From: Schizosaccharomyces osmophilus
Taxonomy: Eukaryota
Direction: 5' to 3'
Assembly: GCF_027921745.1 (NCBI RefSeq)
Contig: NC_079238.1
Coordinates: 5,146,001 to 5,210,000, forward strand
DNA: 64,000 bases
Part shown: piece after piece, positions 37,788-49,081 of the stretch
Numbering within the stretch: the stretch's first letter is position 1
Layout of the letters: each line of letters begins with the position of its first letter
The notes under the pieces: generated by a model
The model's database searches: none
Told to the model about the DNA's origin: nothing
What the model saw: the letters and a program-made list of their open reading frames with translations, nothing else
Translations under genes and position numbers: made by a program

Positions 37788-39176
37788 CTACTCAAGGTGC
37801 CGTTTTTTATTAGGAATTGTAGACATAATGGGATTGGAACTTAAGAAATCAGCACTTTCCAAAATAGCAGAAGCATCTGCCATGCTGCAGTCAGGAGAAG
37901 AAATGTTTTCCATCAGCTCCGACAACTTTCGTTTTGTTGGCTGTAGATTATTAGAAGACACCAACTGTGTATCTTCCAAAAAGGATACAAATTGGGAGGA
38001 ATCGTCAATTTGTTGAATCTCCTCAGCAACACCACTTGTATCATAAACACTTGGTTCAGTATCATTTTTTAATATTTTTTGAAAGACATCGGAATCATTG
38101 AGTTCATCAAGCAATTCAGAAGCTTCTTCATTTAATTTGTTCAAAGTGTCCTGTTTCATTCGCGAAAATGTATCATCTAGCTCAGTATATGATTCATCCG
38201 TCTCAGTATTTTCCAAGTTGTACTTAAGCAAACCGTCTCGTACACCTCTATTAGCTTTGATTAAGGGATTAACAGAAGAGGGTGAACGTATGACATGGTC
38301 AAGGCGAGGACGAATGAAAGATGGGTCTGTTTTGAATGGATTTTCAGACTCAATCTTTGTACTTTCTGAATGTTGATTAGGATGATCAAAAAAACCATTT
38401 TTCTCATAGCTGAGACGAACTAGCTTTGGGTGTGAACTGGCACCAGTATGCAGACTCGACTGAGATGTATGCGAATTTAAATTATCGCTCCGGTTGGGCT
38501 CCAAAGCATTTCGTAGTTGAATTTCAGTATTTTGTTCTTCGGGGAGAGGTGATAACTGCTCATTACTGTCACTGAGGTAATGCTGATTTTGCTCCCCTTC
38601 TTCACTCTCAATTTCAATAACTTCTGGATTATCCTTTTGATTTGTCCCAGATACATAAAATCCATTTTCCAATTGCTGGTTTTCATTTTCTAGTTCATCT
38701 TCGCTCTTTTCGTAAAGACTCTCCTGTTCCAAAACTTCATCATTGTCATCGGAAAGAATATGTTCTTGGTTCAATTGCTGAGCATCTTCCTTTTCGTATT
38801 CCTCATCTTCATCTTCATAAAGTTCGTGATTCTTCTGATCAATTGTAATGTCTTGTTCAGTTTTATAGTCATTCACATCATTATCAACTTCCACTATTTC
38901 ATCCATATCTTCCTCATTTTGGTCAGAATCCAATGGGAAAAGCATTCCCCGGGCAGTGGTAGGAGATTGATTCCATATATTTACAATGGACAAACGCGAG
39001 GGTCGCCTGGGCTTCTTTTGAGAAGATTCGTGAATAGGACGAAATGAAAATGGAGAGCAACCATTCTCGTATGAATTGTGTTTCATACCATCAATCCATG
39101 TCATGAAATCGTTTGCTGAAAACATATCCAAACTAGAACCTCCCTTACCGGGGGTCAACGTATTTCTTCGAAACAT
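37788..39176 (-). CDS. Acidic low-complexity protein of unknown function (462 aa)
   Basis: Long ATG-initiated ORF with an E/D/S-rich centre and basic NLS-like patches (KKPRR, TKRK, KKRH). No domain recognised. Confidence 0.8.
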   Translation of the reverse strand: MFRRNTLTPGKGGSSLDMFSANDFMTWIDGMKHNSYENGCSPFSFRPIHESSQKKPRRPSRLSIVNIWNQSPTTARGMLFPLDSDQNEEDMDEIVEVDNDVNDYKTEQDITIDQKNHELYEDEDEEYEKEDAQQLNQEHILSDDNDEVLEQESLYEKSEDELENENQQLENGFYVSGTNQKDNPEVIEIESEEGEQNQHYLSDSNEQLSPLPEEQNTEIQLRNALEPNRSDNLNSHTSQSSLHTGASSHPKLVRLSYEKNGFFDHPNQHSESTKIESENPFKTDPSFIRPRLDHVIRSPSSVNPLIKANRGVRDGLLKYNLENTETDESYTELDDTFSRMKQDTLNKLNEEASELLDELNDSDVFQKILKNDTEPSVYDTSGVAEEIQQIDDSSQFVSFLEDTQLVSSNNLQPTKRKLSELMENISSPDCSMADASAILESADFLSSNPIMSTIPNKKRHLE

Positions 39177-40129
39177 GAAAAAAAAAAATATGAATGCTAT
39201 TTCAAGACTGGCTTGTATCTAAATCCGTAAGCTCTTGTCGAAATGACGAAGCTTTCCAAAAGTATATACAGAAATAAAATCCCAACTTGGGAATAACCTA
39301 TTATAAATAGAAAGAAACAAGCTTCTCTGAAAATAAACTGTAAACGTGAAAGACCCAAAGGTGCGTGTTGCAAGTTCACGTATTCGAAGAAAGCAATAAA
39401 TACCGAGATCAGCAGCAGAGGAAAAGAACCTAGAATTCTATTCGTTTTACGAAGCTGAAAACCTGTTGAAATAAGGAGAGAATTAAACAGTACGATCGAT
39501 CGACGTGTGTCTTTTGGTCTTCTGTTAAGTTGAAATTCAAAGCAAGTACATGAACACTACTTTTCCTAGTAAGTAAAAGAAACGAAACAAATAAAACAAC
39601 AAGATTTACAAATTAAAACACCAAACAAAGAAGCGCCTTTTAATAGCGCTAGATGATAGAATGGGGAAGTGGACACGTTTCAATAACAGTAATTTCAACA
39701 ATTTCCACTACACTTGAATAACAATGAGTAAAAGATATTACTTTCCAAAAATTCAAGTAGGAAAATTAAATAAATTAAATAGAAAAAGGACACAAAAATG
39801 TTTTCCCTGAGACTGAATATTTGGTAAAAGGATACTCAGAAAAATCACAAAGTCAGCTACAAAAGTGTCATACACAAAAAGACTAAAGCATTAATCCATG
39901 CTCGAGTACATCATTTATGGTAATGGTTATTTCAACAATTACAACAGAAGAAAAACGAAAAAGTTTAATGTAATCTTTGTCGCCCATTACATACAGTATA
40001 AGACAAACTACAAGGAGTCTGCAGTTTACAATGTCTAGGATTATTAAAAATTTACATCTACAGAGCAAAAATAGAATGGAACCGAATGTTTTATATTGTA
40101 TTGCAATGTCAAGACTTATACCAACTATT

Positions 40130-40842
40130 TTAAGCCTTAGAAGTCTTGGCGACAGCAACATTAACTTGGTCACGACGTTGCTTCTTGAGACGCATGACAG
40201 CGAAACGGTCAAAGTCGTTCAATTGGCTACGGACCTTCTTGGCGTGCAAGCTCTTAGCCCAGGCAGTAGAGTTCCACTTGTTGCAGATCTCTTGAGCCTT
40301 CCACTTCTTGGCAAGAACACCAGAGCGAGCACCACGGGGAACTTGCATGACAATAGGAGTAAGGACAACACTGCCAATACGAGCGACGTGGCGAGACAAC
40401 TCGGGGCAGGGAGAGTCAACAAGGACCTGTAAGCACGTTAGCTATGAAGTTCAATTGATATTGATAGAACATCATTCCAAATTTGAGAAAATACTTCAAG
40501 TACGCAGGACAACTTTATTAAAGTTGATTTACTTAAGTATCAGTTAATGCAAGGCAATTATTAAGATTTTCTATTGCAATGTGAAATTTTCACTTTGCAA
40601 TTTACTCATCCTAATCAGTTCCCAAAATGAACAATGATCACGCATTATCTTTTGAAAAGTCGATCTCAAGTATCAAAGTATGCTCTCTATTATAGATGGA
40701 CAACTTTCTATCCACCTAAGTATTTTTCACTTACCCGTCTGTGGTCAACAATGTCGACGATAGCAGCAATCTTGCCGGCGTACTCACCCTTGTTAATGAG
40801 AACGACACGTCCAACCTCAACGTAACGCTTAAATCCTTCCAT
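40130..40842 (-). CDS. rpl14: 60S ribosomal protein L14; exons 40842-40735, 40426-40130
   Basis: [25 protein letters not shown] joined to VLVDSP..LNDFDRF across a 308-nt intron. Confidence 0.96.
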
Positions 40843-40913
40843 TCTGATTTTTGGTGGTGAGTGGTTAGGGGAAGAACAGGTTGGTACCACGAAAGTATCT
40901 ACTAGGTAAAATG

Positions 40914-40958
40914 CGTGACTGCTTTTTTGGAGTCACAACAGAATCAGTGAGGGTAAGG
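40914..40958. promoter_or_regulatory. Bidirectional ribosomal-protein promoter: inverted HomolD-like boxes and a HomolE-like box
   Basis: CGTGACTG at 40914-40921 (CAGTCACG on minus), GAGTCACA at 40930-40937, AGGGTAAGG at 40950-40958. The consensus sequences are CAGTCACA and AGGGTAGGGT. Confidence 0.7.
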
Positions 40959-40966
40959 CACACTGA

Positions 40967-41422
<456 letters not shown>

Positions 41423-41989
41423 AGCATTGCTGGGCTGGCATCGCTTGCTTGCTCTGCGGTTGTGGACAAATACGATCGAATATTCAGATTCTCGTGCACT
41501 TATCTGAATATCGTTGCTCCTGCAGCACTGCCCCTGGAGGCATTGTTTGGAAAGACGTCACTACACGGTTGTAGCAAGCATTTTCCAAAATAATAGATTA
41601 TTTTTTGGCTGGATTCTATTCACCTTTTGTAATTCGTTGTCGACACGTTTTGTTGAATAGGGATCTTTGGTTTTCTGTTATTTCTATTCCAATAATGATT
41701 TCAATGCACATATTCCCATCGTGTTTTTGTATTTTCAGTTAAAGTAAGAAGTATCAATTTAAGATTGACACCAAGTCTTTGCCGAGGCCGACCTAGCGGT
41801 TAGATTACATATTACCCACATTCAAAATACTTTCAGATTTTCGTTTCATCACAAAAAAAGAAGCCAAATATTCATGCTAAACAGCTTTTTCAACTAACCT
41901 TCTCTATCCCACACGTTTGTTGACTAACGTAATCGACATATCTCGTTGCAACTCTTTATTCTCCAAAAGTTTTGTGTTGCCCAAAAAAG

Positions 41990-41997
41990 CAGTCACG
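41990..41997 (+). promoter_or_regulatory. HomolD-like box of rps26
   Basis: CAGTCACG 50 bp upstream of the ATG. Confidence 0.7.
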
Positions 41998-42047
41998 GAA
42001 CGATTTAGCACATCGTCAAGCTGCTCAAACCTTTCCTCTGCACCACC

Positions 42048-42533
42048 ATGACTCAAAAGAGAAGAAATTGCGGACGTAACAAGCACGGCCGTGGCCACGT
42101 CAAGTTTGTTCGCTGCGTCAATTGCAGCCGCGCTGTCCCCAAGGACAAGGCCATCAAGCGCTGGACGATCCGTAAGTTGATTCATTAATCGTTGCACACA
42201 TGGCTTTTAGCATGATTAGAGTCTTTTTGGCTCTCTATGCTTAGAAAGTCGATGTGCAATGCAGAACACATTAAGACTACGATACTAAACGTTTTAGGTA
42301 ACATGGTTGAAACTGCTGCCATTCGTGACATGTCCGAGGCTTCTGTATACAGCGAGTACACCATCCCCAAGTTGTACGTCAAGTTGCAATACTGTGTCTC
42401 TTGCGCTATTCACTCTCGTGTGGTTCGTGTCCGCTCTCGCGATGGCCGTCGTATTCGCACTCCCCCTCCTCGTGTGCGCTACAACCGTGATGGCAAGAAG
42501 CTTAACCCAGCTACCGTCGCTAAAAACTTGTAG
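42048..42533 (+). CDS. rps26: 40S ribosomal protein S26; exons 42048-42171, 42298-42533
   Basis: [26 protein letters not shown] and [16 protein letters not shown]. Confidence 0.97.
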
Positions 42534-42728
42534 ATAAAAGACAAATGCACATTTATTTTGAGTTTTTAATGCGTCCATACTTAGACTTCAAGTTTCAGTA
42601 TTTTAGTAGTTAGTTTGCCTATATGTAAATCTTCGTAGAACCAAGCTAAAAGGGTAGTGCTGCAATACGCTTCAATAAGTTGTTCATATATCTTCTGCGG
42701 TTTCATTATCGTTAAATATACTACGACA

Positions 42729-44366
42729 CTAGCGAGTTTCCATGTCACGTAGTATATAACTTGAGAATTCGTCTATAAATCGTAGTACTTTTCCCGTTGT
42801 CTCATTTAGACTGCTCCAGCGTTTTGCCTTACTTATTAACAAATATGTAAGCTTCTCGCCTTGCCAGGTATCGCCTGCTGCTGTTTGATTTATTAAAGAC
42901 TCAGCAGACACTTGAAGACTGGAATCTTCATTCTCACTTTTGTCATCAGTTTGTCCAATTCTATCTGTTTCCAAAGCCTTCACAGGACGCCTCAACGTTT
43001 GATGCCGCAGCGCAATCCAATATCCCCGATTGCTATGTGTCATTCGACTAGCATTGGGATTTTGATTGCCTAGAATATCATCAATATGTACCCAAATATG
43101 TTGCGCGTCCTGTATTGGAAAGTCGGTGTGAACATGTGCTAGACCGGTAGAACTGTGAATGATTATATACCAAAAATCATCAGTTAGATTGCCTTTTTTA
43201 TCTTTTATTTTGAATCCTCCGCCATGTTGATCATGGTCATGGTCATGCTTTGTTTGCGTTTCGTAAATTTGTTCCCATAGTCGTTTTTGTAGTTCATTAT
43301 CATCATCAACCGTCGCATTTTTTACCATGAAATCTTCATTGTTTTTCTGCTCACAATAATTTCTATTAGCTCGACTCCATCGAATTATGAGTATCCGCTT
43401 TTGTCGCTTTCTGAAAACGCAATTAACACTTAATTCCCAATGTGTATCTTCATCATGATTTTCGGATCCAGCGGAGTGTAAATCTGAGGACGAAAGAAAA
43501 CCAAAAAAATGCGAATACTCTTCTCCTTCCAGAAGATTTTGACATTCATTCATACAGTACATGATAAAGGTATTGCGGACTTTCAGCTGTAAACGCCGTC
43601 CTTGCTCGTAAACTATGTGCGGTTGAAACGCTGACGGGATATACAGCAATAAAGAGCCCACAAAGTCCTTTTTCTCTAAATATAACTCATTTAAAAGGGC
43701 GACCTGCTCACTTTCAAGCGGCCTACCAACTGCTATCACATCCATGGCGCGTAGAATGGATCCACCACACTCTAAAGGAGACAGTTTAGCGGTCCACCAT
43801 CTATCAAAAGCTTCATAAACATCTGAACTATTCATCTGACTGACCCATTCATCACCATAAAACAATTGATATTGGCTCCAAAGTGCTGTGACCGCTAAAA
43901 TGAGAGTAGCAGCTGAAGGACAAGGTTTCGTCACAGCTAAAAAGATAGAAGGAGGTTCCTCTGGTATCATGTCAAATTTTCCATTTCGCCTTCTTGAAGA
44001 AGGGACCCAATCTGAAGATGGCTTTTTAATTAATAGCTTCCGCGCCAGGGTCGTCTCTGCTGATATACACTTGAATTGTTCAAAGAGATTGTATACATAA
44101 CTTTTATTCCCATTTGAATGCTCTAGAGAAGTTTCATTGTTCTGTTCATCAAGGATATCTCTTGTATCAGAAGAGAAACCATACATTCCATGGAAAAGAG
44201 CGATTTGATTTTTAAGTGGTTCCAGCTCCTTGTCTTTGTTTACTTCAACAGAATTAGTATGCTCATTTCTCTGGCTTCCAAGAACAGGAGGATGATACAT
44301 CCAGAGCATCTGAACCGATCCATTGGGTTGACACCGATGGATACATAATTGTTCCACAAGCACCAT
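42729..44366 (-). CDS. 545-aa protein, possibly a divergent Ccz1-like longin-domain GEF subunit
   Basis: The long ORF is clear. Function is inferred only from N-terminal LWMYHPP...KNQIALFHGMYGFS resembling the first Ccz1 longin helix. Confidence 0.55.
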   Translation of the reverse strand: MVLVEQLCIHRCQPNGSVQMLWMYHPPVLGSQRNEHTNSVEVNKDKELEPLKNQIALFHGMYGFSSDTRDILDEQNNETSLEHSNGNKSYVYNLFEQFKCISAETTLARKLLIKKPSSDWVPSSRRRNGKFDMIPEEPPSIFLAVTKPCPSAATLILAVTALWSQYQLFYGDEWVSQMNSSDVYEAFDRWWTAKLSPLECGGSILRAMDVIAVGRPLESEQVALLNELYLEKKDFVGSLLLYIPSAFQPHIVYEQGRRLQLKVRNTFIMYCMNECQNLLEGEEYSHFFGFLSSSDLHSAGSENHDEDTHWELSVNCVFRKRQKRILIIRWSRANRNYCEQKNNEDFMVKNATVDDDNELQKRLWEQIYETQTKHDHDHDQHGGGFKIKDKKGNLTDDFWYIIIHSSTGLAHVHTDFPIQDAQHIWVHIDDILGNQNPNASRMTHSNRGYWIALRHQTLRRPVKALETDRIGQTDDKSENEDSSLQVSAESLINQTAAGDTWQGEKLTYLLISKAKRWSSLNETTGKVLRFIDEFSSYILRDMETR

Positions 44367-44387
44367 TGAAGAATTTATTATAAAGTA

Positions 44388-45440
44388 ATGCCTTCAAAAC
44401 TTCCATTAAATGTCGTTTTTTTTGGTACAGATGAGTTTTCAATTCCTATTCTTCATAAATTAGCAAGTTGCGCCCAAAGGATACATATGGTAAGTGCTGG
44501 GGGGAAAAGGCCTAGAGGAAGAGATCCTATTTCATTACCAGCAGCTGCTACAGAAGCAAAAAGAATTGGGATTGAATGTATTGTATTGAAAAAAGGATGG
44601 GATGGGTTTCAGTTAAAACCCGATGACCATTTGGCTGTCTCTGCTAGTTTTGGTCGCTTTATTCCAGAATCAATTTTGGGTCAATTAGTTCACGGTGGGA
44701 TTAATATCCATCCCTCTTTTCTTCCAAAATACAGAGGAGCAAGCCCTATATACTCAACGATTCTCCATGACGATACTGAAGCTGGTGTTACAATTCAGAG
44801 GATGGACACAACGGAATTTGACAGAGGAAGGGCGCTCGCTCAGGGTATACTTCCGCTTCATGGAGATGAGCATTATAATGATCTCAGAGACAAACTTGCA
44901 AAGGGAGCCTCATCAATGCTAAATTCAGTATTGCAACAGTCCCTCTACAAAAGATCAAATTCAAGACCCGACTTAGAACCAACAGTTTATGGAACCCTGA
45001 CAGATTTAGGAAAGTATCAACAAAGTGAGAGTGCTTTTCCAATTCCCACAGCAAGTTGGGCTCGAAAGATATCTCCAGAAAGCGCTCGCATTATCTGGGA
45101 GTCAATGACAAGCAGACAAATATACAATATTACCAGAGCGTTTGAACATGCATGGACTTTAATTAATGATAAAAAGATATTTCTCTATAACTTGATGCCT
45201 CTACAACAATGGTTGAACCAATCCAAAGCTGATGTTTCCAACGACAACTGTGATTGGAATCAAATGCAACCAGGTCAGTTCACTTTATTTAAAAAAAAAT
45301 TTTTTATAATTAAAACCCTCGATTCCGCTATTGTTGTAGTAGGTGGAGTTCAGCGACAATCTGGATCTTTTGTTTCCGCATTGGAATGGGTACGAACATA
45401 TAACAGCGGTAAAGGAGGAACATTTATCACTGATTTATAA
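44388..45440 (+). CDS. fmt1: Mitochondrial methionyl-tRNA formyltransferase
   Basis: VVFFGTDEFS, INIHPSFLPKYRGASPI, GVTIQRM...FDRG. Confidence 0.94.
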   Translation: MPSKLPLNVVFFGTDEFSIPILHKLASCAQRIHMVSAGGKRPRGRDPISLPAAATEAKRIGIECIVLKKGWDGFQLKPDDHLAVSASFGRFIPESILGQLVHGGINIHPSFLPKYRGASPIYSTILHDDTEAGVTIQRMDTTEFDRGRALAQGILPLHGDEHYNDLRDKLAKGASSMLNSVLQQSLYKRSNSRPDLEPTVYGTLTDLGKYQQSESAFPIPTASWARKISPESARIIWESMTSRQIYNITRAFEHAWTLINDKKIFLYNLMPLQQWLNQSKADVSNDNCDWNQMQPGQFTLFKKKFFIIKTLDSAIVVVGGVQRQSGSFVSALEWVRTYNSGKGGTFITDL

Positions 45441-45664
45441 TATAACCTTTCATTTCATGGATAAATGCGTTCCCAGAGACAAAAAGTCGTGATTCCTCTT
45501 GTGCTTCATGCTGTCGAGAGATATTAGATATAGATCCTCCCTTTACTATTTTCCTAATTTATTTACCTCAGATCTATATTTAATTCCTGTTAATTAACAT
45601 CGTATTTTTTGGAAATCCATGTTTGTGTCAGTTGTTACAAGGTCGTATCATAGAGACAGTGAAA

Positions 45665-45866
45665 TTATGTTGCACGAAACCTTTAGATCTCTAAGGCTCA
45701 ATCTCTACCTTAAAAACTCCGTTCTCATGCATGTCATGGAAAGCGCCCTATGGAGAAACCTCATTTGCCTGGCCAAGTTACCGGTTCTCAAAGTTCAATT
45801 CAAACTATGGAACCATGTCACCAAGGAAAAACACGAGTGAAATCTTCAAGATGCTTTCCTGACAAT
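45665..45866 (-). ncRNA. Candidate box H/ACA-like snoRNA (~200 nt)
   Basis: Two hairpins. The 3' hairpin has lower stem TGCATGAGA/TTTCGTGCA, an internal loop and an upper stem, followed by ACA-TAA 14 nt from the upper stem. The H box is non-canonical. Confidence 0.5.
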
Positions 45867-46187
45867 TTTTTTGCATCTCATAGGAGGACAAGCCCGAAAG
45901 ACAGAACACTGTAATTCAACCTTGCCCGAATGCGTATTCTCTGCTCCCTCAACCCTTTTACCAAGGCATCATTCACAAAGCACACTTCTTTGGTGCTTTT
46001 TATAGTTAAAACTATTTGACCAACGAAAATGAGTGTGTAGCTGAAGCTTGTTTCCAGTGTAGGGATAAACCAGTAAATCTTTCATCTAAATAGTTTTCTA
46101 CAGGCTGTTTGCTTTTAACTTCAGAACGTACCATCTGAAAGATGAGTGATTATTTAAAACATTAAAATACGTATATTCACCGATAGT

Positions 46188-46472
46188 CTAACTTGTTTCC
46201 TCAATGACCTGTAGGCCAATTTTCAGCTTCGGTTTAGAGCTTGTTTCTTTTTCCAGTCCATTCCCCAAAGTCCGGATACTAGGAAGAACAGAGGTTGATT
46301 GACGAACGGAAATATTCTGTTCTTCGCATCGACGTTTGACGAGCTCGATCAAACTTACAAGTTTCACAGTAGCATCTCCTTCTGCAATGGCAGAAACTTC
46401 TTTTTTATCTAATAAATCGTTCCAAAACGGTTTCAGAAGCTGCTTAGTGTTCGATCTTTCGCTTATAATCAT
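46188..46472 (-). CDS. Small Alba-like protein (Pop6/Pop7/Rpp20/Rpp25-like); start uncertain
   Basis: AEGDATVKLVSLIELVKRR and a terminal KPKLKIGL strand resemble the Alba fold. Confidence 0.55.
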   Translation of the reverse strand: MIISERSNTKQLLKPFWNDLLDKKEVSAIAEGDATVKLVSLIELVKRRCEEQNISVRQSTSVLPSIRTLGNGLEKETSSKPKLKIGLQVIEETS

Positions 46473-46908
46473 AATTCTGTCTTGCTCACCTTCATAGTAG
46501 TATGTGGGTAGGTGAACTGAATTAGTAGTAGAATAGGCAAGGGTTTTACAAAATCTGTTAAATTAGTTGGTCTATTATTGTAACGATAGGAGAGCGATTC
46601 TATTCAATTACTTTGGTTTAGAAACTCGTAGCTCAAATTGAACAGGAGATCAAAATGGTCAAGTTCCAATTTCTACTGAATGAAAAAGAGCGTTGTTAAA
46701 TCCAAAGGTAAATGAGTAACATGATTTTATAAAACTTTAAAAGTTGAACTGAAAGCTGAACAACAGATCATCAAGTGGGCATCATACCGTAGCATTCATG
46801 AGGATATCTGATGGAGCAGAGAATCTGTCTGTTATGGGAAATTTGGAAAAAGATTGTCCTAACGAAATGAAATACGTAAAAAGAAGGAAGACCATCAGGG
46901 TGCTACAA

Positions 46909-47345
46909 TCAAATGGAAATCCACATGATACTCAGAATCACATCAACGGCTTGGCCGGTTTCTTTAATTGTAGTCATTCCATCTTTTTCAACATTCCAAC
47001 AGGCAGCATGAGCGGCATGCACACCACGAGAAGGATGATCGTCGGGTAACTTTTGGACTAATGTAGAACTAACAACCCATTTATAAGACTGGGTTTTCTT
47101 ATTGAGGGCATTCAAAACGCCATACTAAAACAGTTAGAACCTTTATCAATTTCAAATTCATTCTTGGCTCACGTACAATAACAGCTTGATTCATTTCGGC
47201 GCTTTTCTCACCGTCATATTCAGTTGCTTCAAGCACAGGCTTTGCAGCATCAGTACAGATCTCTTCAAGTATTACAGAATTTAGAGGCTGAATTTAATTG
47301 TTAATGATAATTTCTTTTGACAAAATACCGACTTACGCAGCTCAT
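46909..47345 (-). CDS. dlc1: Tctex-1 type dynein light chain; exons 47345-47337, 47287-47177, 47124-46909
   Basis: YKWVVSSTLVQ..RGVHAAHAACWNVEKDG; canonical splice sites. Confidence 0.88.
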
Positions 47346-48526
47346 TGTGAATGGAAGTCGTTTCTATAGGTTTAGGTAGATGGATCAGTTGCGACTTGAC
47401 TGTTTTGGGATAAAGGTGAGTTTAGAAATACAGAGAACAAATTAGACTGTTCCTTTTATTTAATAAAGGAGATCTCATTCTTTTCTTTTACGACTCGCCG
47501 CTTCTCGTGAACGTATTGTTGGCCATCTCTTACAGGGAAAAGCGTAAATTCTTCTCCTATGCAAGCTTTCAAATGAAATAAAGCGAAAAATTTACATATA
47601 TTCATTCAATATAAGAGAAAATGGACCAAAATTTGGCTTCATTTTGGGCACACTCGAATTGCATCGTGCAGTTGGCCATATGTGCTATTAATGAGTTATG
47701 GCTTTCTCAAAATAGAAAGCAAGAGTGCATAAATGAAGGATGATATATGGAATGGCCTGCATGAAAAATCCTTACTGGCACGATTGCTAAGCAAAATATA
47801 CCTCATGCCATTGATTTAATTCCAACACATTGACTCGAAGAGTTCTCAAAAGGAGGAAAAGAATGAGGAAATGAGTCTGAATAGAGAGTCTAGAAAGCAT
47901 TGAAAGTTTTAAATGCTATTGCCAACCCATCTTCCAGGCATAGTCAGGATAAATTTACCCTCGATATATTGGGCAGCAAACATCATGAGAAGTAGGACAA
48001 TTAATCTTCATGTGAACAACACCTTGCTTTCAATATCCTAAAGAATAAAGAATTGGGACATTGCAATTGTGTACTTGTAATAGTTTTTTAGCTTATGTTC
48101 ACCGTGACTCCCTTATTCATTTTCACATATGGAGAGATTTTCTTTTGAAAATTAATTATTCAATAACAAAACGAAAGAAAAGGGCTTGGAGAGTAAGAGC
48201 ATGAGCCATAGAACTCACTGTTCTAACGCCAGTAAGCATAGAAGGAAACGTGCAGGATGGAGCCTATAAACTCATGAGGCTCAATTCTTAATTTTTTTTT
48301 TTTAAAAAAAAAACAATGTTTGCAAATATCAAGTTGCTTCTCGATGGATTCTGCTTTATATGATTTTCAATGCCTTGCAAGCTGGAGAGACTGCCTCCAT
48401 TTCTGTGTTATAATTTCTTTGAAAAAGAAAATCCGCTCAACCGACGGCTTCTTAAAAATAAGTATCGCTTCAGAGGTTGCTGTTTTCTACTTGGAGAGTC
48501 GATATTTGTTTTTAACGCTTACAACC

Positions 48527-49081
48527 ATGTTGAATAGTCGAATTACTGAAAAAGAAAAAGAATATGCTTCCATATGTAAATTAAAGGAGATTTCTCAAGA
48601 AATGTCTAAAAAATTGGAACTTTTAGCCGAAAGACTGGAGACTTTGAATGATGGTAGTGAAGGTATGTTTTCGAACCCAGTTTCTTTCAATCAACATGAA
48701 TTACGGTGCCATGAAGGCTCTTGATTTCCGTCTTCGTCTCCGATGATTGATCTCTTTCGATTTATGAGGAGTTTCAGGCTACGCAGAGAAGACCGCTACT
48801 TGTAAACGTTGTAATGATTTCTATGGCTATAGTATCTCTATCATTGCTATTCTTTATTTCTCCAAATTCATTTTTCTTGATTGAATGACCGGTCTAATTT
48901 ACTGAAGTCAAATTTGATTCCTTTTGCTGACCATTCGTACTTAGCTGTGTCTACAGTTTTACAAAACTGGCCTATGATTTTTGAATCCATACAATTAGCT
49001 TCTCAAAATACGGAAGCTCTAGTTCGAGTTCCTCATACCCTTGATGAGAAGCAGCCATCCGACTCTTTCTCAAATCAATAG
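48527..49081 (+). CDS. dad2: DASH complex subunit Dad2; exons 48527-48662, 48945-49081
   Basis: MLNSRITEKEKEY..LETLNDGSE/AVSTVLQNWPMIFESIQLAS..LVRVP. Confidence 0.88.

Noticed and set aside
48663..48944. Box C/D snoRNA in the 282-nt dad2 intron
   Set aside because: No clean RTGATGA C box, and only a short partial rRNA complementarity before CTGA.
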